A stretch of 60,103 nucleotides of DNA, the filler included, from Dirinaria sp. TL-2023a (taxonomy: Eukaryota): the NCBI GenBank assembly GCA_051941275.1. It is 5 parts of 5 records of this genome, joined end to end, with 100 filler letters (N's around TTAATTAATTAA, not from the genome) between each part and the next. Parts side by side here need not be neighbours in the genome. Positions count along the whole stretch, not along the records: positions 1 to 11,960 come from JAVEBF010000800.1; positions 12,061 to 24,014 come from JAVEBF010000801.1; 3 more parts are not named here. One strand, given 5' to 3'. Positions 1 through 12,654 of the stretch are shown piece by piece (the first letter of the stretch is position 1; each line of letters opens with the position of its first letter). The position numbers and the translations under genes are program-made. The notes beneath the pieces are model-generated. The model did not search any database and had not been told where the DNA came from. It saw nothing but the letters and a program-made list of their open reading frames with translations.

Positions 1-2
1 GG

Positions 3-425
3 TGGGTGAGGGGTTGCGTTGGGTGGAGGGTTTCCTGCTGGATTGTTGTGACCATTCATGTTTGGCGCGCCTCCAGTGCCTCCTTCAGGAGTGCCACTGC
101 TCTCTGCCTGTGTCTTTCCCCATGCCCAAGCTCCGATAGCAGTGATCATCATCAATACTATAACACCCATGCCACCGCTTTGCATTATTGTTGCGAGCCA
201 TTCTTTCAGCACTGGGAAACAAATCGACCAGATGGCACCCGCAACTACAGTACAGGCTACACCGGCCAGAAAGCTATTGCGATGTGGTTGGAGTGAGGGG
301 AGATATAGAAAGCCCCCTCCAGCCGAATGCGGAGGTATGATGAAAATGTCATAGTTGCCCTCAGGGAGGCCTCCTCTTGCGCCGTTATTGCTTCCATGTG
401 GTGGAGGGGGCGGCGGAGGGTTCAT
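3..425 (-). CDS. Conserved fungal hypothetical membrane protein, 3'-truncated by the contig edge
   Basis: ATG at 425 opens a frame that runs to the window edge: MNPPPPPPPHG...LPEGNYDIFIIPPHSAGGGFLYLPSLQPHRNSFLAG, then two hydrophobic segments. It is absent from the ORF track because it has no stop codon. Confidence 0.75.
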   Translation of the reverse strand, partial: MNPPPPPPPHGSNNGARGGLPEGNYDIFIIPPHSAGGGFLYLPSLQPHRNSFLAGVACTVVAGAIWSICFPVLKEWLATIMQSGGMGVIVLMMITAIGAWAWGKTQAESSGTPEGGTGGAPNMNGHNNPAGNPPPNATPHP

Positions 426-1739
426 GGCCGCAGTTGACTAGGTAAAGGATCGGGTCGCGATGAAGGAGCTGGAGCAGCAGAGACGGGCCCTATTGCAACC
501 TCCGAATGTGCAATAATCTTTCCAGAGGACAATGCCGCAATTGATGCCGTTGCGTCATGTTACCGTAACTGGATTGAATGCGCCGCTGGCTGATTTGCGG
601 TGGGAATGCGTTCGAGAACCCTGGATTTAATGAGACGAGCTCTTGCAATAGTTTGGCATATCCTTGACAGTGGCTTCTGGATACGGAGTGCTGAAATTGC
701 CTCTGTGATCGTGACGGCTGCGAGAGTGTGAGGGTTTTTCTTGTTGTGTTTGGACCTCCAGAAACATACCAAAAAATCCCTGCCAAGCTTTTACTCTTCC
801 GTCGGGACCATGCCGCCTCCCGTGATGCAGGGCGATAAGATCATAAGGTAGATTGATATGCTTTCAGGATTCGAACTGTCATATATGGCATTCTTTCCTG
901 AGACTACTAAAAGAGCACTATTCTAAACGGTCCGTGGATGCTTCTGAAGAACTGAAAGGGGGTATCCCTTGTTTACTCGCTTTCGGACTACGGTCAGGCA
1001 GGTTTAGCCCGTGTGTGGGGATTTTGAGAGGGGTGAAGTGTCATAGGACTAAGAACAGACAAATCACATCATGTCAAAGCTTTGTACGGCGGCACAAGAA
1101 CCTGTAGATTTCGTGACGGCACTGCAGGAGTTCGGCCACTTGAGCGAATGAGAAACAGAGCGATCCGCTTTATCCTTGGCAAGCGTGAAATTGTGCAGAG
1201 TCTACTCCATATATTCAACCCGATAGACCTCTTCCGCACCACACCATTGTGAATTGGCAATGCACGCCCAGAAGTGCTTGTGGCCATACGTGCTTTCTCA
1301 ACTGAAGCTTCGGGCGCGTGGAAATCATCGCGAGTATTTCAGCACGAGAACTCCGTAAACAGATCGACGTCATGACGGCCCCGGGCAACCGCTCGCTTAT
1401 TTGGCCCAAAACGTATTAGTAATGCCTCGGCAGAAACTGGCTTCGGTACCTTAAGGCAAGAGGATACATCATGGCGGGTATGGTAAAGAACCCGTTTGAT
1501 ATCCACTCTACAGATGGATCCTAGAGTTGAAGGAAAAACTCGAAATATCAGATCAGTGTGGTCTGGCGAGCATTGAGATCCGTTTGTCACCTGCAATCTC
1601 CCGCACTCAGCCAGTGGAACGCAGCTTGGCTAGTGGCCCTTGAAAGGCCCATACCGCACGTAATAAGCTTTGTCAAGGCCTGCAAATTCCTCGTTATTAT
1701 TGTAGTCTTTGTATCGGCAGCTATCGGTGTGCCTAGAAC

Positions 1740-3277
1740 ATGGCATCTTCAAATGCTGCTCAAGACCAGCCGGCAGCTACACCGCGGCCAGAGCCTCACT
1801 ACACCGTCTTCATACGTCTGCCCTTCCCGAGGGGTGATTTCGTTGATCCTCCTCCCGTTCGTGGAGCCTATCGAGCCTATGTATCACGAATGTCACGAGC
1901 TAATAGATTTGTAGGTGATATGGGATTCGAAGAAGGATCGAGCCCTTTGGGAAGTCATTTCAGAAGCGTCAAATGGCCAGGAGATCGATTGTATAGACTT
2001 TCTCTGAGTTCTCGATATAACCACTGACAGATCCAGGGCATGCACTGTTCGTACACTATGATATAGCATTCTCATGGACGATCTTCTGATATTCAGGAAG
2101 AGCAGACAAGTTCGACGTGACGCTTAGCTTCCTGCTGCAGCAAGCAGCATGGTTGTATGAAAAACAGCTCTCTCAAGTCAGAGCCCAGCTGCGAAGGGTT
2201 AACAGGCCTCTATCTGTTGGCACACCACCGATGCCAAGCTCCATCTCTGGTAGTGGAGTTGCTATGACTCGAGGGGCAAGTGGTGGTATTGCTCCTTTCC
2301 ACGTATGTCCGACTCAGGGATTTGATAAAGCATAGGCTCACGCATACCATCATCACTTTCGCATCGTACCCGAGAGCAGCCAGCCCCAAGAGGAGACGTC
2401 GAAAGCCCCGAAGCTGCTAGCAATTTACGGGGTGAGCAGATATTCCTTTCGTTTGAATTACTACAAACCACTAAGAGTTCAAGATCCTCGTATGTCCCGA
2501 ACATCGTCTACAAATACAGTTTTCCAGGTACAGAAATCTTCTCCAGTTGCTGCCATTACTTCTGTGGATGAACCGCAATCAAGCTTCCAGCGCCGTCAAA
2601 AGGGCCAAGAAGCACGCCGTGACTCCATCAACGCTTCGCCAAAGTTGGCACAAAAAGCTCTTTCTCCGCCTGCAACGCCCCCATCCAAGATGGAGAAATT
2701 GAGTAGTTCGTCATCCTCAGAATCGGCGAATGAAGCTCCACTCTCACGTAGTAAAGCCTACACACGACGTCCTCGATTTTCCTCTGTCAAGGCACCACTA
2801 GGCCCTCTTTCGGATGCTGATGAGGACTCTGGAGACTCCCCGCCATTCCTACCCTTTTCGGACGCAAAAGGTTCCCAAAAAACCGTATTACCCACAGCAG
2901 ATCCCAGTGCCACCCTCAGAGTGTCCCCCAAGTCACTGACTTCGCAGCGACCGGCTCTAAACCCATCGGATAAGCCTCAGCACCTGAATGCGTCCCGGGC
3001 TGTCCACTCTTCTTCGTCCTCAGCTCAGTCTCAGCCCCCCACTCGCGAATCTCAAGGCCTAAAGGGCCCGCTATCATCGCTATCTCCTCGTCAACGGCGT
3101 CTAGCGAGGGAGGGTAGCGACGGTGCGCCTAGCATGGGCAGCAGCTTTAGTGACTTGGACGACGCAAGTGTAACCCAAAGTGCTTTGGAAGAAGCACTCG
3201 CCAATGAGATGCGGCATGGAGGTGTTGCTTCTCGCATGAGTACGATCAGCCAAGCTCTGCGCTCTCGTTACCTGTAA
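1740..3277 (+). CDS. ATG29: Autophagy-related protein 29 (multi-exon)
   Basis: Spliced N-terminus HYTVFIRLPFPRGDFVDPPP-VIWDSKKDRALWEVIS...IDWHALADKFDVTLSFLLQQAAWLYEKQL, Ser/Pro-rich middle, C-terminal SMGSSFSDLDDASVTQSALEEAL. Introns at 1857-1914, 1991-2036 and 2047-2100, plus two more near 2285-2335 and 2432-2483. Confidence 0.88.
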
Positions 3278-4352
3278 TGGAGGCCCTTCAAGCTGGTTCT
3301 GATGGAACTCCATGATTCTAGTCCTATATCATATATATTTTCGGTAGTCTATCTCTTATACATCTTATTCAGCCTCATTTATAATGTCCCTACTATTTCA
3401 CGATTTGACGACATGCCAGAAATGACTGATCCAATTCATGTCCGTCCGTGACGAATCACTTACCCGTCATCCCAGCCATCTGTCTTAAGATCTGCGAAAA
3501 AGCATCTGGCTCGAAAAACTAGGATTTATCTTCCCTGAAATTTGCTACTAAGAGGGAAAAAGATTTTCTGATTCCCATTATTGCCTGTCGCTACCAAAGA
3601 CTCGAAATTGTCAACCCGAATGACGAAATCAGAAATCAGCTCATCACTCGTCTCTTCTGATCCAGAATTTTCAAGAATATTTTTGATGTCCTTGAGATAG
3701 TCACCTAACGCAGCACTACTCGTAATTGCGATCATTTCTAACTCTACCTCGTACCGTCTTGGTACAATAAGACGCATCGCAATCAAAGAGCGATTTAATC
3801 CTGTCGTCACTATATACATACATTGCTTGTGAAGAATCTTAATGTAATAGAAAGCCTGATTGTTAACTTGCAGCTTATATTCAAAGTCACGTAATTTTTT
3901 TTTTCGAGTCGATGTATCAGTATTTCGTGGTTTCATACAGCCATGATTTCCAGATCCAATGCCCTTTTTTTTTTCTTATCATCAGTTCACCTTTCATGCC
4001 TCTTTCTAGATACTCACGACCTTTTCATGAGTTGATAACCAAAGGACAATGAGTAGCTAATGATCTGAAGCTTAGCCTTCTGTCAAATCGTTTCTCACAC
4101 GGTCTTTTGGTCCTTGATCAAAAATCTACGGACATCTACATTGGATATAAAGGCGAGAACGTTACTTGTCAAATGGAGATCAATGATTTCTTCCTGCTGA
4201 GAACTTTCGGTCGTAATTTGGCGGCTATGATTGACAAGACTTAGAGAGACAGAAAAAAGATATAGGACATTAGACGATGTAGTACACGACAAAATGCGAA
4301 TCATTTGCTTCTCAAAGCTTTACAATGAATATAGAAGCCCATCTAGCCGCCT

Positions 4353-7300
4353 TTATAATTCTGATTCTGATGGACTACGCGCTACCTTCGAGCCCCTAAC
4401 AGCAAGATTCATGTCTTCTGCAGAGCTTTGCGTTGACTGTCCACGCTCCTCGCAGAGGATAAGAATCATCTCAGCAGTCTCTTTGTTGTCTGTATAGCCC
4501 GCGGCATGGTACGGGCTCTCGCCCCAGCGTTCCTTTTTGAGCGGGTCTGCACCAGCATCCACCAGCTTTTTCACCAATCCAGCACTGCCGTACATCGCTG
4601 CCGCGTAGAGTGACTTCTGCAATCCCGTGGCCTTGGGCCAAGCTCCGTGCTCCAGTAGGAGCACCGCAAGATCGTAATATCCATTGATTAAGCCGTAATC
4701 GAGCGCCGTATCTCCGAAATGATCTCTCAGGTCTGCTTTTGCGCCAGCGCCAAGAAGGCATTCTGCGGCTTTGTAGTCATTGTATAGGGTTGTCCAGTGC
4801 AATGGCGTCCGCTTGAGGCGATCCATGGCGTTCAGATCAGCTCCGGCTGTGACCAGAAGCTCAAGGATATCGGCATGATGGTTCGAGATACTCAGGTGAA
4901 GCGCTGTATGTCGGTCGAGGTCGGATTCGTTGAGATCAATACCACGAGCAATGTAGGATTGCACTGTTTCGGTCATTCCGACCTTGGCTGCTTTGAGAAG
5001 ACTCATCTCGTTGCTATTGATCGACGTGTTGGCATGCCTGAGTTGCCCAATAGATTCATCACGAGCCTTTTCTTGCTTTCGAAGCTTTGTCAACAGCTCG
5101 AGCGCCTCAAGATTGTGCATATCCTTCGCTACACCGACCGGAGAGCGGTCGTCACCATCGTGGATGTCCGTCCTAGCTCCATTTTCAAAGAGGATTTCGA
5201 TAGTCGAGCAGTAATTGAAGTAGGCTGCGTCATGCATTGCCGTTCTTCCGTTCGTGCCCTGTGCATTAATATCAACGCCGGTTGAATTTCCGAATAGCAC
5301 GCGAAGAACATCGTCTTGTCCATTCACGGCAGCGCTGTGGACTGTGGTTCGGTTATATATGTCAAGTACTGTTGGGTCCGCGCCTCGCTCCAGCAAAAGG
5401 CGCACAACTTTTGTATAGCCGTGGTCGATGGCACGGTTCAAAGGAGTCCCGCTTGCTTTATCGAAGCCTTCTTGCAATTCAGTGTCGGCACCGTGGTCCA
5501 GGAGCGCCTCTACCGCAGCCACGTGGCCATCTCGCGCCGCTTCTGTCAATGGTGTGCACCAATAATTCCTCTTGTTGACGTCAACGTCAGGGTGTCCAAG
5601 AATCAGCCTGACTACCTGACCATCGCCCGTGACTGCAGCTAAATGAAGTGCTGTTGATCGCGACTCACCAGACTGAAAGTTAACATCGAGGCTAGGTTTA
5701 TGGACTAATATCGGGACTATCTGAGCTCGCCTTAGAGAAGCAGCTAGCATCAATGGTGTCCGATCCCTATGAGCGGGGTCCACGAGATTTACGTCGATGT
5801 TTGGATGATTCAACAAGAGTCTCGCAACGTCAACTTGGTTGAAAGCTATTGCGCGATGTAGAGACGAATTACCACGGCCACAAACAAGATTCGGATTCGC
5901 GCCTTCTCTGAGGAGCTCTTGCACCGCGGGCGCATGGCCGCCGGCAGCAGCGTACATGAGTGGTGTGGTGTCCTGGGAGTCTCGGGTGTCAACCGCTGCT
6001 CCATCCCTTAGCAGCCTGGTCACTACCTGCGTGAGGCCAAAGTAGGCAGCTAAGTGCAGAGGAAGGACACCACTCTTTACATCCCAGCCCGCAACAACCG
6101 GGCTGTCAGAATACCATAAAGCCTGAACAGCTGAATTGAGATGTTGTCGATGATTCAAGAACGCTAGGATTCTCGACGTTAATTCTTCAGGGCGTTCTGC
6201 AGAATTAGCGTGGAGACCCCAATAAGAGCAGCAATATTCTAACAAAGGGTACTGTAATGTCCTCTTCCCGAAATCATCTCTTTCTGTCGGGCCGCTGCAG
6301 GCTCCTGAGTCAAATGCTTTGAAAGACAGATAATTTAGGCAGTTATGAGCAAGGCTGATGTCGCCTTCAGGGAACCACCTTTGGCGATTGTCCTTGAAGT
6401 AACTCTGTGCTGAAAAGTGGACCAGGCGTACTATCTCGGACGCGTCAATAATGACTAGTCCGGCGCACATGGAAGTCAAATCGCTGGCAAGGAGTACTTC
6501 ATCAGGGTCAATTTCCCTAATCCGAGCATCGATTGCACAAGCATGCTCGATCTCCGGCACGCTAAGCGGCCTTGCAGCGACCGTGATCCACAGCAAGAAA
6601 TTCATAGTAATTTTGCGATCGTCCTCATTTAGCTGCTCAATGCGCTGCATTGCTTGATCGTATGTCTTGCTAATCTCTGTCGGAAGGCTTTGCAAAGCTT
6701 CCTGCACAGCTTTTGGTGTCCTTTTCGTGGCAAGGACATCTACGTGCAGTTTTGCGAGAAGAAACCTAAAATATCGAAGTCAGCTCTGGACAAGTCCGCA
6801 AAACAGTCAATCTTGGCTTGATGGTCGGGTTTATCCTGTAGCATTTTACCAAGGCACTTTTACAGATCCAGATAGCGACACCAGGGCTCTTAAAACCCTC
6901 CATGTAGTGCTTGACCGTGAGCTTTTACGAGACTGGTAGCATGGCTCGCTCTTGACCAAGGAATATCTTTATGCAGAGGATACTCAGACTTTAGCACGAT
7001 TTGATGATTTTACACCGGACCAGAACTTGCGATTCGAGCAAGTACAGACGCCATCATCAAACCGTTAGACAGTGAGAGCGTTCGCAGATGTTACGAAGGG
7101 TCTGCAATACGCGTTTCGATCTGTATCGTTTGATTGAAATTTTGGTAGCATGGTAATAGGCTCCTTCGTTGCGCTTTTTTACTTATCTTGATAACGCTCC
7201 TTCAGCGGTAATAAAGATATGCCAACCGACGATCCACTGTGACAAGCAGACGGAGTTTCTTTCGACAGCATATTTGAAAGAACGATAGGCTTCACACTTA

Positions 7301-8738
7301 CATTCCGTTGGACTGTTGCACATTCGTCGAAGCAATCTCCTCTCGCAACGCCCTCTTCTTAGTCACATTTTCCAAAAGCCGTGGCTCACGTTTCATACGA
7401 GCTTCTACGTAAAGACGTATGTCGCTCTCGGTGGCTCCTATCTTGACCTGATATGAACCAAACCGTTTGACAGTGTAATGGCCATCTTGAGAGCAAGTCG
7501 TCTCTTGCCCATGACATTTATCGCAGAGAACAAAACCACTGTCTGAACACTGTTTGCAGTAATAGATCAGGCGTAAATTCTCCTCCTCGCAGGCATCACA
7601 GCTTATATCTACGATGGATGCGAATAACTCTTGTATACTGTCCAAGGGACGCGAAGTTACCATTATATTGACCTTGCCATAAGTCAGCGTCTCCAAGAGA
7701 AGGAGCCGGTTGGATTCATCTGGTATTTCATCGAGCCCATCCACCACTATGTAACACTTCTCGAATTTGGCTATCTCGGATCGAAATATTTTGGTCAGAG
7801 AGGGTAGGGAAGGGAACACCTGTGTCCTGGAATGTTGCCGATATACTTCCTTCAACTCTTTACTGACTTCTGGGCGTAACTGAATGACCTGCTTAATGAG
7901 AGCTCCAATAAGTTTGTCCATGGACTGGCTTTTCGCTTCGTTATAGCCGCAGTAGATGATGAGCACTGCAACATTCTGCTCTGCATGGATTTTCCTCAAG
8001 TACTCAAAAACAATAGAGGCAAGGAAAGTTTTCCCAGCTCCCGGGATACCTGGAGACCAAAGCATTGCCTCATTTTTCGATTCCCAGTCAAGGAATTCTT
8101 TCCTTTGCAGGAACCATTGCCCGGTACCTTCACGAGTCTGCTCCGTGATTTCGTTCTGTGGTCTTTTGTTAGCCACTAAAGTCGTCCAAGAGAGTCCGTT
8201 ATCAATACTTGTTGTTTGACGAAATTGAGACTTGATATCCACTCAATTATTGCTTTTAGCTCATCATCTGCCACGGAAAGCTTGATAGCCTTAGTATCGC
8301 TTTGGATTCTACGTATATCAGCTGCGCTGGTGGAATTCATGGCAGTATCGACATAGCCTTTCAATCGGTTGAGGCGAGTCACACGAGTCTCAACCTCGGA
8401 TTTGTCGAACGGCCAACGAAGTGTCTGCATAAGCTTGCGGTGACCAGTCTTTGGTTGAAGTCTGTTGTCAAGCTCGTCGAAAGCGGTCGAGATTTGGTCA
8501 AAGACGCCTTGATCCTCATCAAGCACTGCAATAGTTTTAAGCCATGGGTCACTGAGCTCTTCATCGTCTGATTGCAAGTGCCCCTCTAGGACTTTCAATA
8601 CCATCCAGAGAGCATTCAACTCGGTGAAAAGCCGAAGCCTTTGCTTCCCTCCTTCCTTGATTGTGTTCACAAAAGCGACGAGTTTGAAAGCGCCCTCTGC
8701 GAGTGCTTCGATGCTAGCCAGAAGACTTACGGGTCCAT
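4353..8738 (-). CDS. NLR-like STAND protein: helical N-terminal domain + NACHT (zinc-finger insertion) + ankyrin repeats; start appears frameshifted
   Basis: Walker A GIPGAGKT, Walker B IVVDGLDE, MVTSRP, GMFLLAKLH formed across intron 6766-7301, and more than 10 ankyrin repeats (PLHLAA, TPLMYAA, TALHLAA). A phase-0 intron joins VKQQ to NEITEQTREGTGQW. Confidence 0.88.
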
Positions 8739-9454
8739 AGCAAATACATTCAGTAATCAATCGTTATTCATGCTTTTGACAAGGAAATGAACATAGGAAG
8801 AGTGCAGCGCTATGTCGCGTTAGGCCCTTTTGTACAGTAGAAGCTCAGGCTAATCAAATGGCGTTCATTGTCCCAAGCAATAGTTGATCAGCAAGATATG
8901 GACGCTCGAGATGCCCACTCCCAGTTAGGTTCTATGTAACAAAAGCGCCTAGTTGGTGAACAAGTAAAGAATGTCCAAAAGGAAGATTACAAAGTACAGG
9001 AAACAGCACAGGAAAGGACTGACCACTTGTATATCCAATGTCAGCCGCAATTCCCAACCACGCTTGGAAACGCTCCCACGCCAACTCCATGCGAAGTCGC
9101 CGAGATCGCTTAGTTCGGCCGCATAACCGCTGCCAAGACCCGTTCCTGGGCTCGGCACTTGGCACACACCAAGTGGTGTTGCTTCTTTCCATTGGCTCTC
9201 ACTTGCTCGCTAGCTCGAACGCGCTTAACGTCCAGACGTCCCTTTCCCGATGTGATGTGGCCTTTCGAGGAAAAGTGCTTTTTACATGCCTTTACATGCC
9301 TTGAACACTAATACACACTTTCAAATTAAGAACCCAAAAAAAGAAAAGGCTTCGCGGTGTGTTTTTCACCAGCCTGAATTGTAAGCTCGGTCTCGAAGGT
9401 TCATACCAGCGGCTGCCTGACTGCTCAATTCAGAGTATTTACTTATGCATATGT

Positions 9455-11565
9455 ATGCCTAACTCCTTTGGGGAACCCATAGTACCACTTGCTTCTGTTC
9501 GTGTATCAACTATACCGCCTGAGCAGTCCAATATTTTGCCACGGCACCAAGACGATGTCGAATTAGATGAATTTGCACTAGCTGGCCAACTGAGACATCC
9601 AACTGAAAATCAAGAAAATCATTTCTCTTGGGATCGCGACAGCCCTAGACAAGCCATTCCGCCAACGCATCCACCATCGCCAATTTCACCCATTCCTGCT
9701 GCTACTCCGGATCCAGGAGCGCTCGCTCGCTCGTCATTTTCGTCCAGCTCTCTAGACGAGGAAAGGCCAATGGGACATCAACCCTCGAGAGCGGGGTCAC
9801 AAGAGGCTAAGAGGCCCACCTCGAGCGCATTGCCAGAGCAGAACGGCATTGCCAACGGTAGGATGCAGTCACACGTGGAGATGAGGAGAAAGCACCCGGT
9901 GCTGGAGTCCTCCGAAGCTAGTTCTCAAACGGCACATCTAATGGGTCGGGAAGGATTCAGCCTGGATGATACGCCGCCCACGCCGATGGCGCCCAATCCG
10001 AATGCAAGCTTTTTCGACCTTCCAAAGCAAGACAGAAGAAATTTCCTTCTTTTGGTACTATTATACTTCCTCCAAGGCATCCCGATGGGCTTGGCTGGCG
10101 GGTCTGTGCCCTTCCTGTTAAAGCCAAAGCTTTCGTACAGCCAGATCGGAGTTTTTACGCTGGCATCATACCCATACTCTCTGAAGCTACTATGGAGCCC
10201 TATTGTAGACGCAGTATGGAGCCGACGCGTGGGAAGGAGAAAGAGTTGGATATTGCCCATACAGTTATGCTCGGGTTTTGGCATGTTGTACCTTGGTAGC
10301 AGAGTAAAGGAGATGCTGGATGAGGCAGGCAAGAGCGACGGATCTGGTATATGGAACTTTACTGCTTGGTGGTTCTTTCTTGTTTTCCTTTGCGCTACGC
10401 AGGATATTGCCGTCGACGGCTGGGCCATCACTTTAATATCTCCGCAGAACCTCTCTTACGCGTCTACCGCCCAGACCGTCGGGCTCACCGCAGGCCATTT
10501 TCTCTCGTACACTGTATTCCTCGCCTTTGAAGCGCCTGATTTTGCCAACCGGTGGTTCCGATCTTCTCCCCGGCCTGAAGGCGTTATGACACTCGGTGGC
10601 TACCTGACATTCTGGGGCTGGGCATACATAGCAGTGACGCTTGCTCTTGCAGTGCTTAAACGCGAAGATAAAACAATAGATCGAGACGGAATCAAGGAAG
10701 TCTATAAGAGCATGCTTGGCATACTGAAGCTGAAGAACATTCAGAGTATAGTCATCATACATCTGATCGCGAAGATCGGCTTCCAAGCTAATGATGGCGT
10801 CACAAATCTTAAGCTCGTGGATAAAGGCTTTAGTCACGAGGACATGGCGCTCACAGTCCTCATCGACTTCCCATTCGAGATCAGTCTAGGCTACTATGCT
10901 GGACGGTGGTCGACTTCAAACCCACCTATCCACGTCTGGTGCTGGGCTTTCGTTGGGCGACTTATAGCCGCCGTTATTGCACAGCTAGTCGTAATGATAT
11001 TCCCAAGTGACGGCGTGCAGACATGGTACCTTCTGACGGTCATTGCATCACACATCTTCTCAACCTTCACGAATACAGTCATGTTCGTGGCTATCTCGGC
11101 TTTCCATGCCAAGATCGCGGATCCGGTCATCGGAGGGACATATATGACCCTACTTGCTACGTATGTTCCAACGTTCAACGTTTCTATTCCCAACAAGCTG
11201 GGAATGTGGTTACTGACAAGACGATTAGTGTCTCGAACCTAGGTGGCACCTTTCCACGTTTTTTCATCCTCAAACTCGTAGACACCTTCACCATCGCCAA
11301 TTGTGTTCCACCAGAAAAGGCCCTTCCGTCGTCAGAGCTAAAAGGCGAATTAATCACATCTGCATTTTCGTGCGTGCAGGAGGCGGAAAAGCGTAGATGT
11401 GTAGACGGTGGAGGCACCTGCGTGATTGAAAGGGACGGCTACTACATCACGAATGTGATCTGTGTGATTATCGGCGTGGTGACATTCTGGGGATATATTA
11501 GGCCAGTGGCGATGAAATTGCAGGCTTTGCCGTTGAGGGCATGGAGGATAGCGAGCGGGGGTTGA
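9455..11565 (+). CDS. Acetyl-CoA transporter (Acatn/SLC33A1-like, MFS fold); start uncertain
   Basis: LLVLLYFLQGIPMGL, YPYSLKLLWSPIVD, GRRKSWI, ATQDIAVDGWA and DPVIGGTYMTLLAT|VSNLGGTFP across intron 11161-11228. Confidence 0.9.
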
Positions 11566-11960
11566 TCAAATAAGATAGACCTTGCTTTGATAGCATCATG
11601 AAGACGAGATTATCCGCAAGCCTCTTGTCTACTACCTGATGTTTTTGAAGCATGTTGGCATCTATCAAGAAAACTTCATTCAGATCTGCGTGTGGTAGTG
11701 TCGTTCTTCTGATATCATGAGTAGTTCCAGGCAAACCAGATGCCTACTTTATACATACAAATGGTATTCATTACAACATATAATCTGGGATTACCAATTC
11801 CCAAAACCCAATATTATTTCCCCCCCTTCTCCCTCTCCTCCTTTTTCCCAATCTTTCCTCTCCCTCATCCATTTCATCGAATTTCGAAGGCAAAAACCCT
11901 CCACCAAATTTCTCGCAAACTCGACTCCCACCGGGCTTGGCAACCAACCCAAGCATGCCC

Positions 11961-12060
11961 NNNNNNNNNNNNNNNNNNNNNNNNNNNNNNNNNNNNNNNN
12001 NNNNTTAATTAATTAANNNNNNNNNNNNNNNNNNNNNNNNNNNNNNNNNNNNNNNNNNNN
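11961..12060. other. Artificial contig linker N44-TTAATTAATTAA-N44
   Basis: Six-frame stop linker flanked by 44 Ns on each side; identical at four places. Confidence 0.97.
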
Positions 12061-12654
12061 AGAGGCGGGTTATGTGGGGGGGTTTGTGTGTGGAGAGTGG
12101 TGAGGTGGTTCACAGAGCGTTTGTGGGCTCAGGTCGGTTTCGTGGATCTGTTCCAGGGCTTCTGCAATTGCCTCTACTCCGTTTTCGTGGATGAGATGGA
12201 AGAGCGTTTCCATGGACGGTGGACGCTGAGGGGTTTCGTTGCGAGATAATGAGTAGTGGTCGATGTGGTGGTGGTGGTGATGCTGCGCGGTTTTCTAGGG
12301 TATTTTATCTGCTTGGGGATTGAGCTGTGCGTCTAAAGGATATCGATCTTCTCTCGAGTCCATGATTTATGATTCGCTTTGTTTTGAGCCTCTGGTGTCT
12401 GGAGCTCGGGATATCTTTGGATGATATGTAGCTTTGTTTGAAATGCTTAGCTTCTGCTCAATGTAAATTCAGACCGTGGGTATATATCCGAAGATGATGC
12501 TGAGTAAAAGGTTCTTCGTGGTGAAGTTGGGTCTTGAAAATACATTTTGCAATGTGAGAAGGACGCGTAGATACTTCGGCATTAGTTACCATCAGTCTTC
12601 GTGTTTTGTGTCACTTGCGCCATACCCCTTCCTCATCTCCAGCTCATAACGTAG

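Noticed and set aside
490..1700. Several 60-120 aa ORFs between the first gene and ATG29
   Set aside because: No motifs or consistent splice structure; compatible with chance ORFs in a divergent promoter region.
12005..12016. TTAATTAATTAA as a biological palindrome or piggyBac TTAA site
   Set aside because: It is identical at four places and centred in N runs, so it is an assembly linker.
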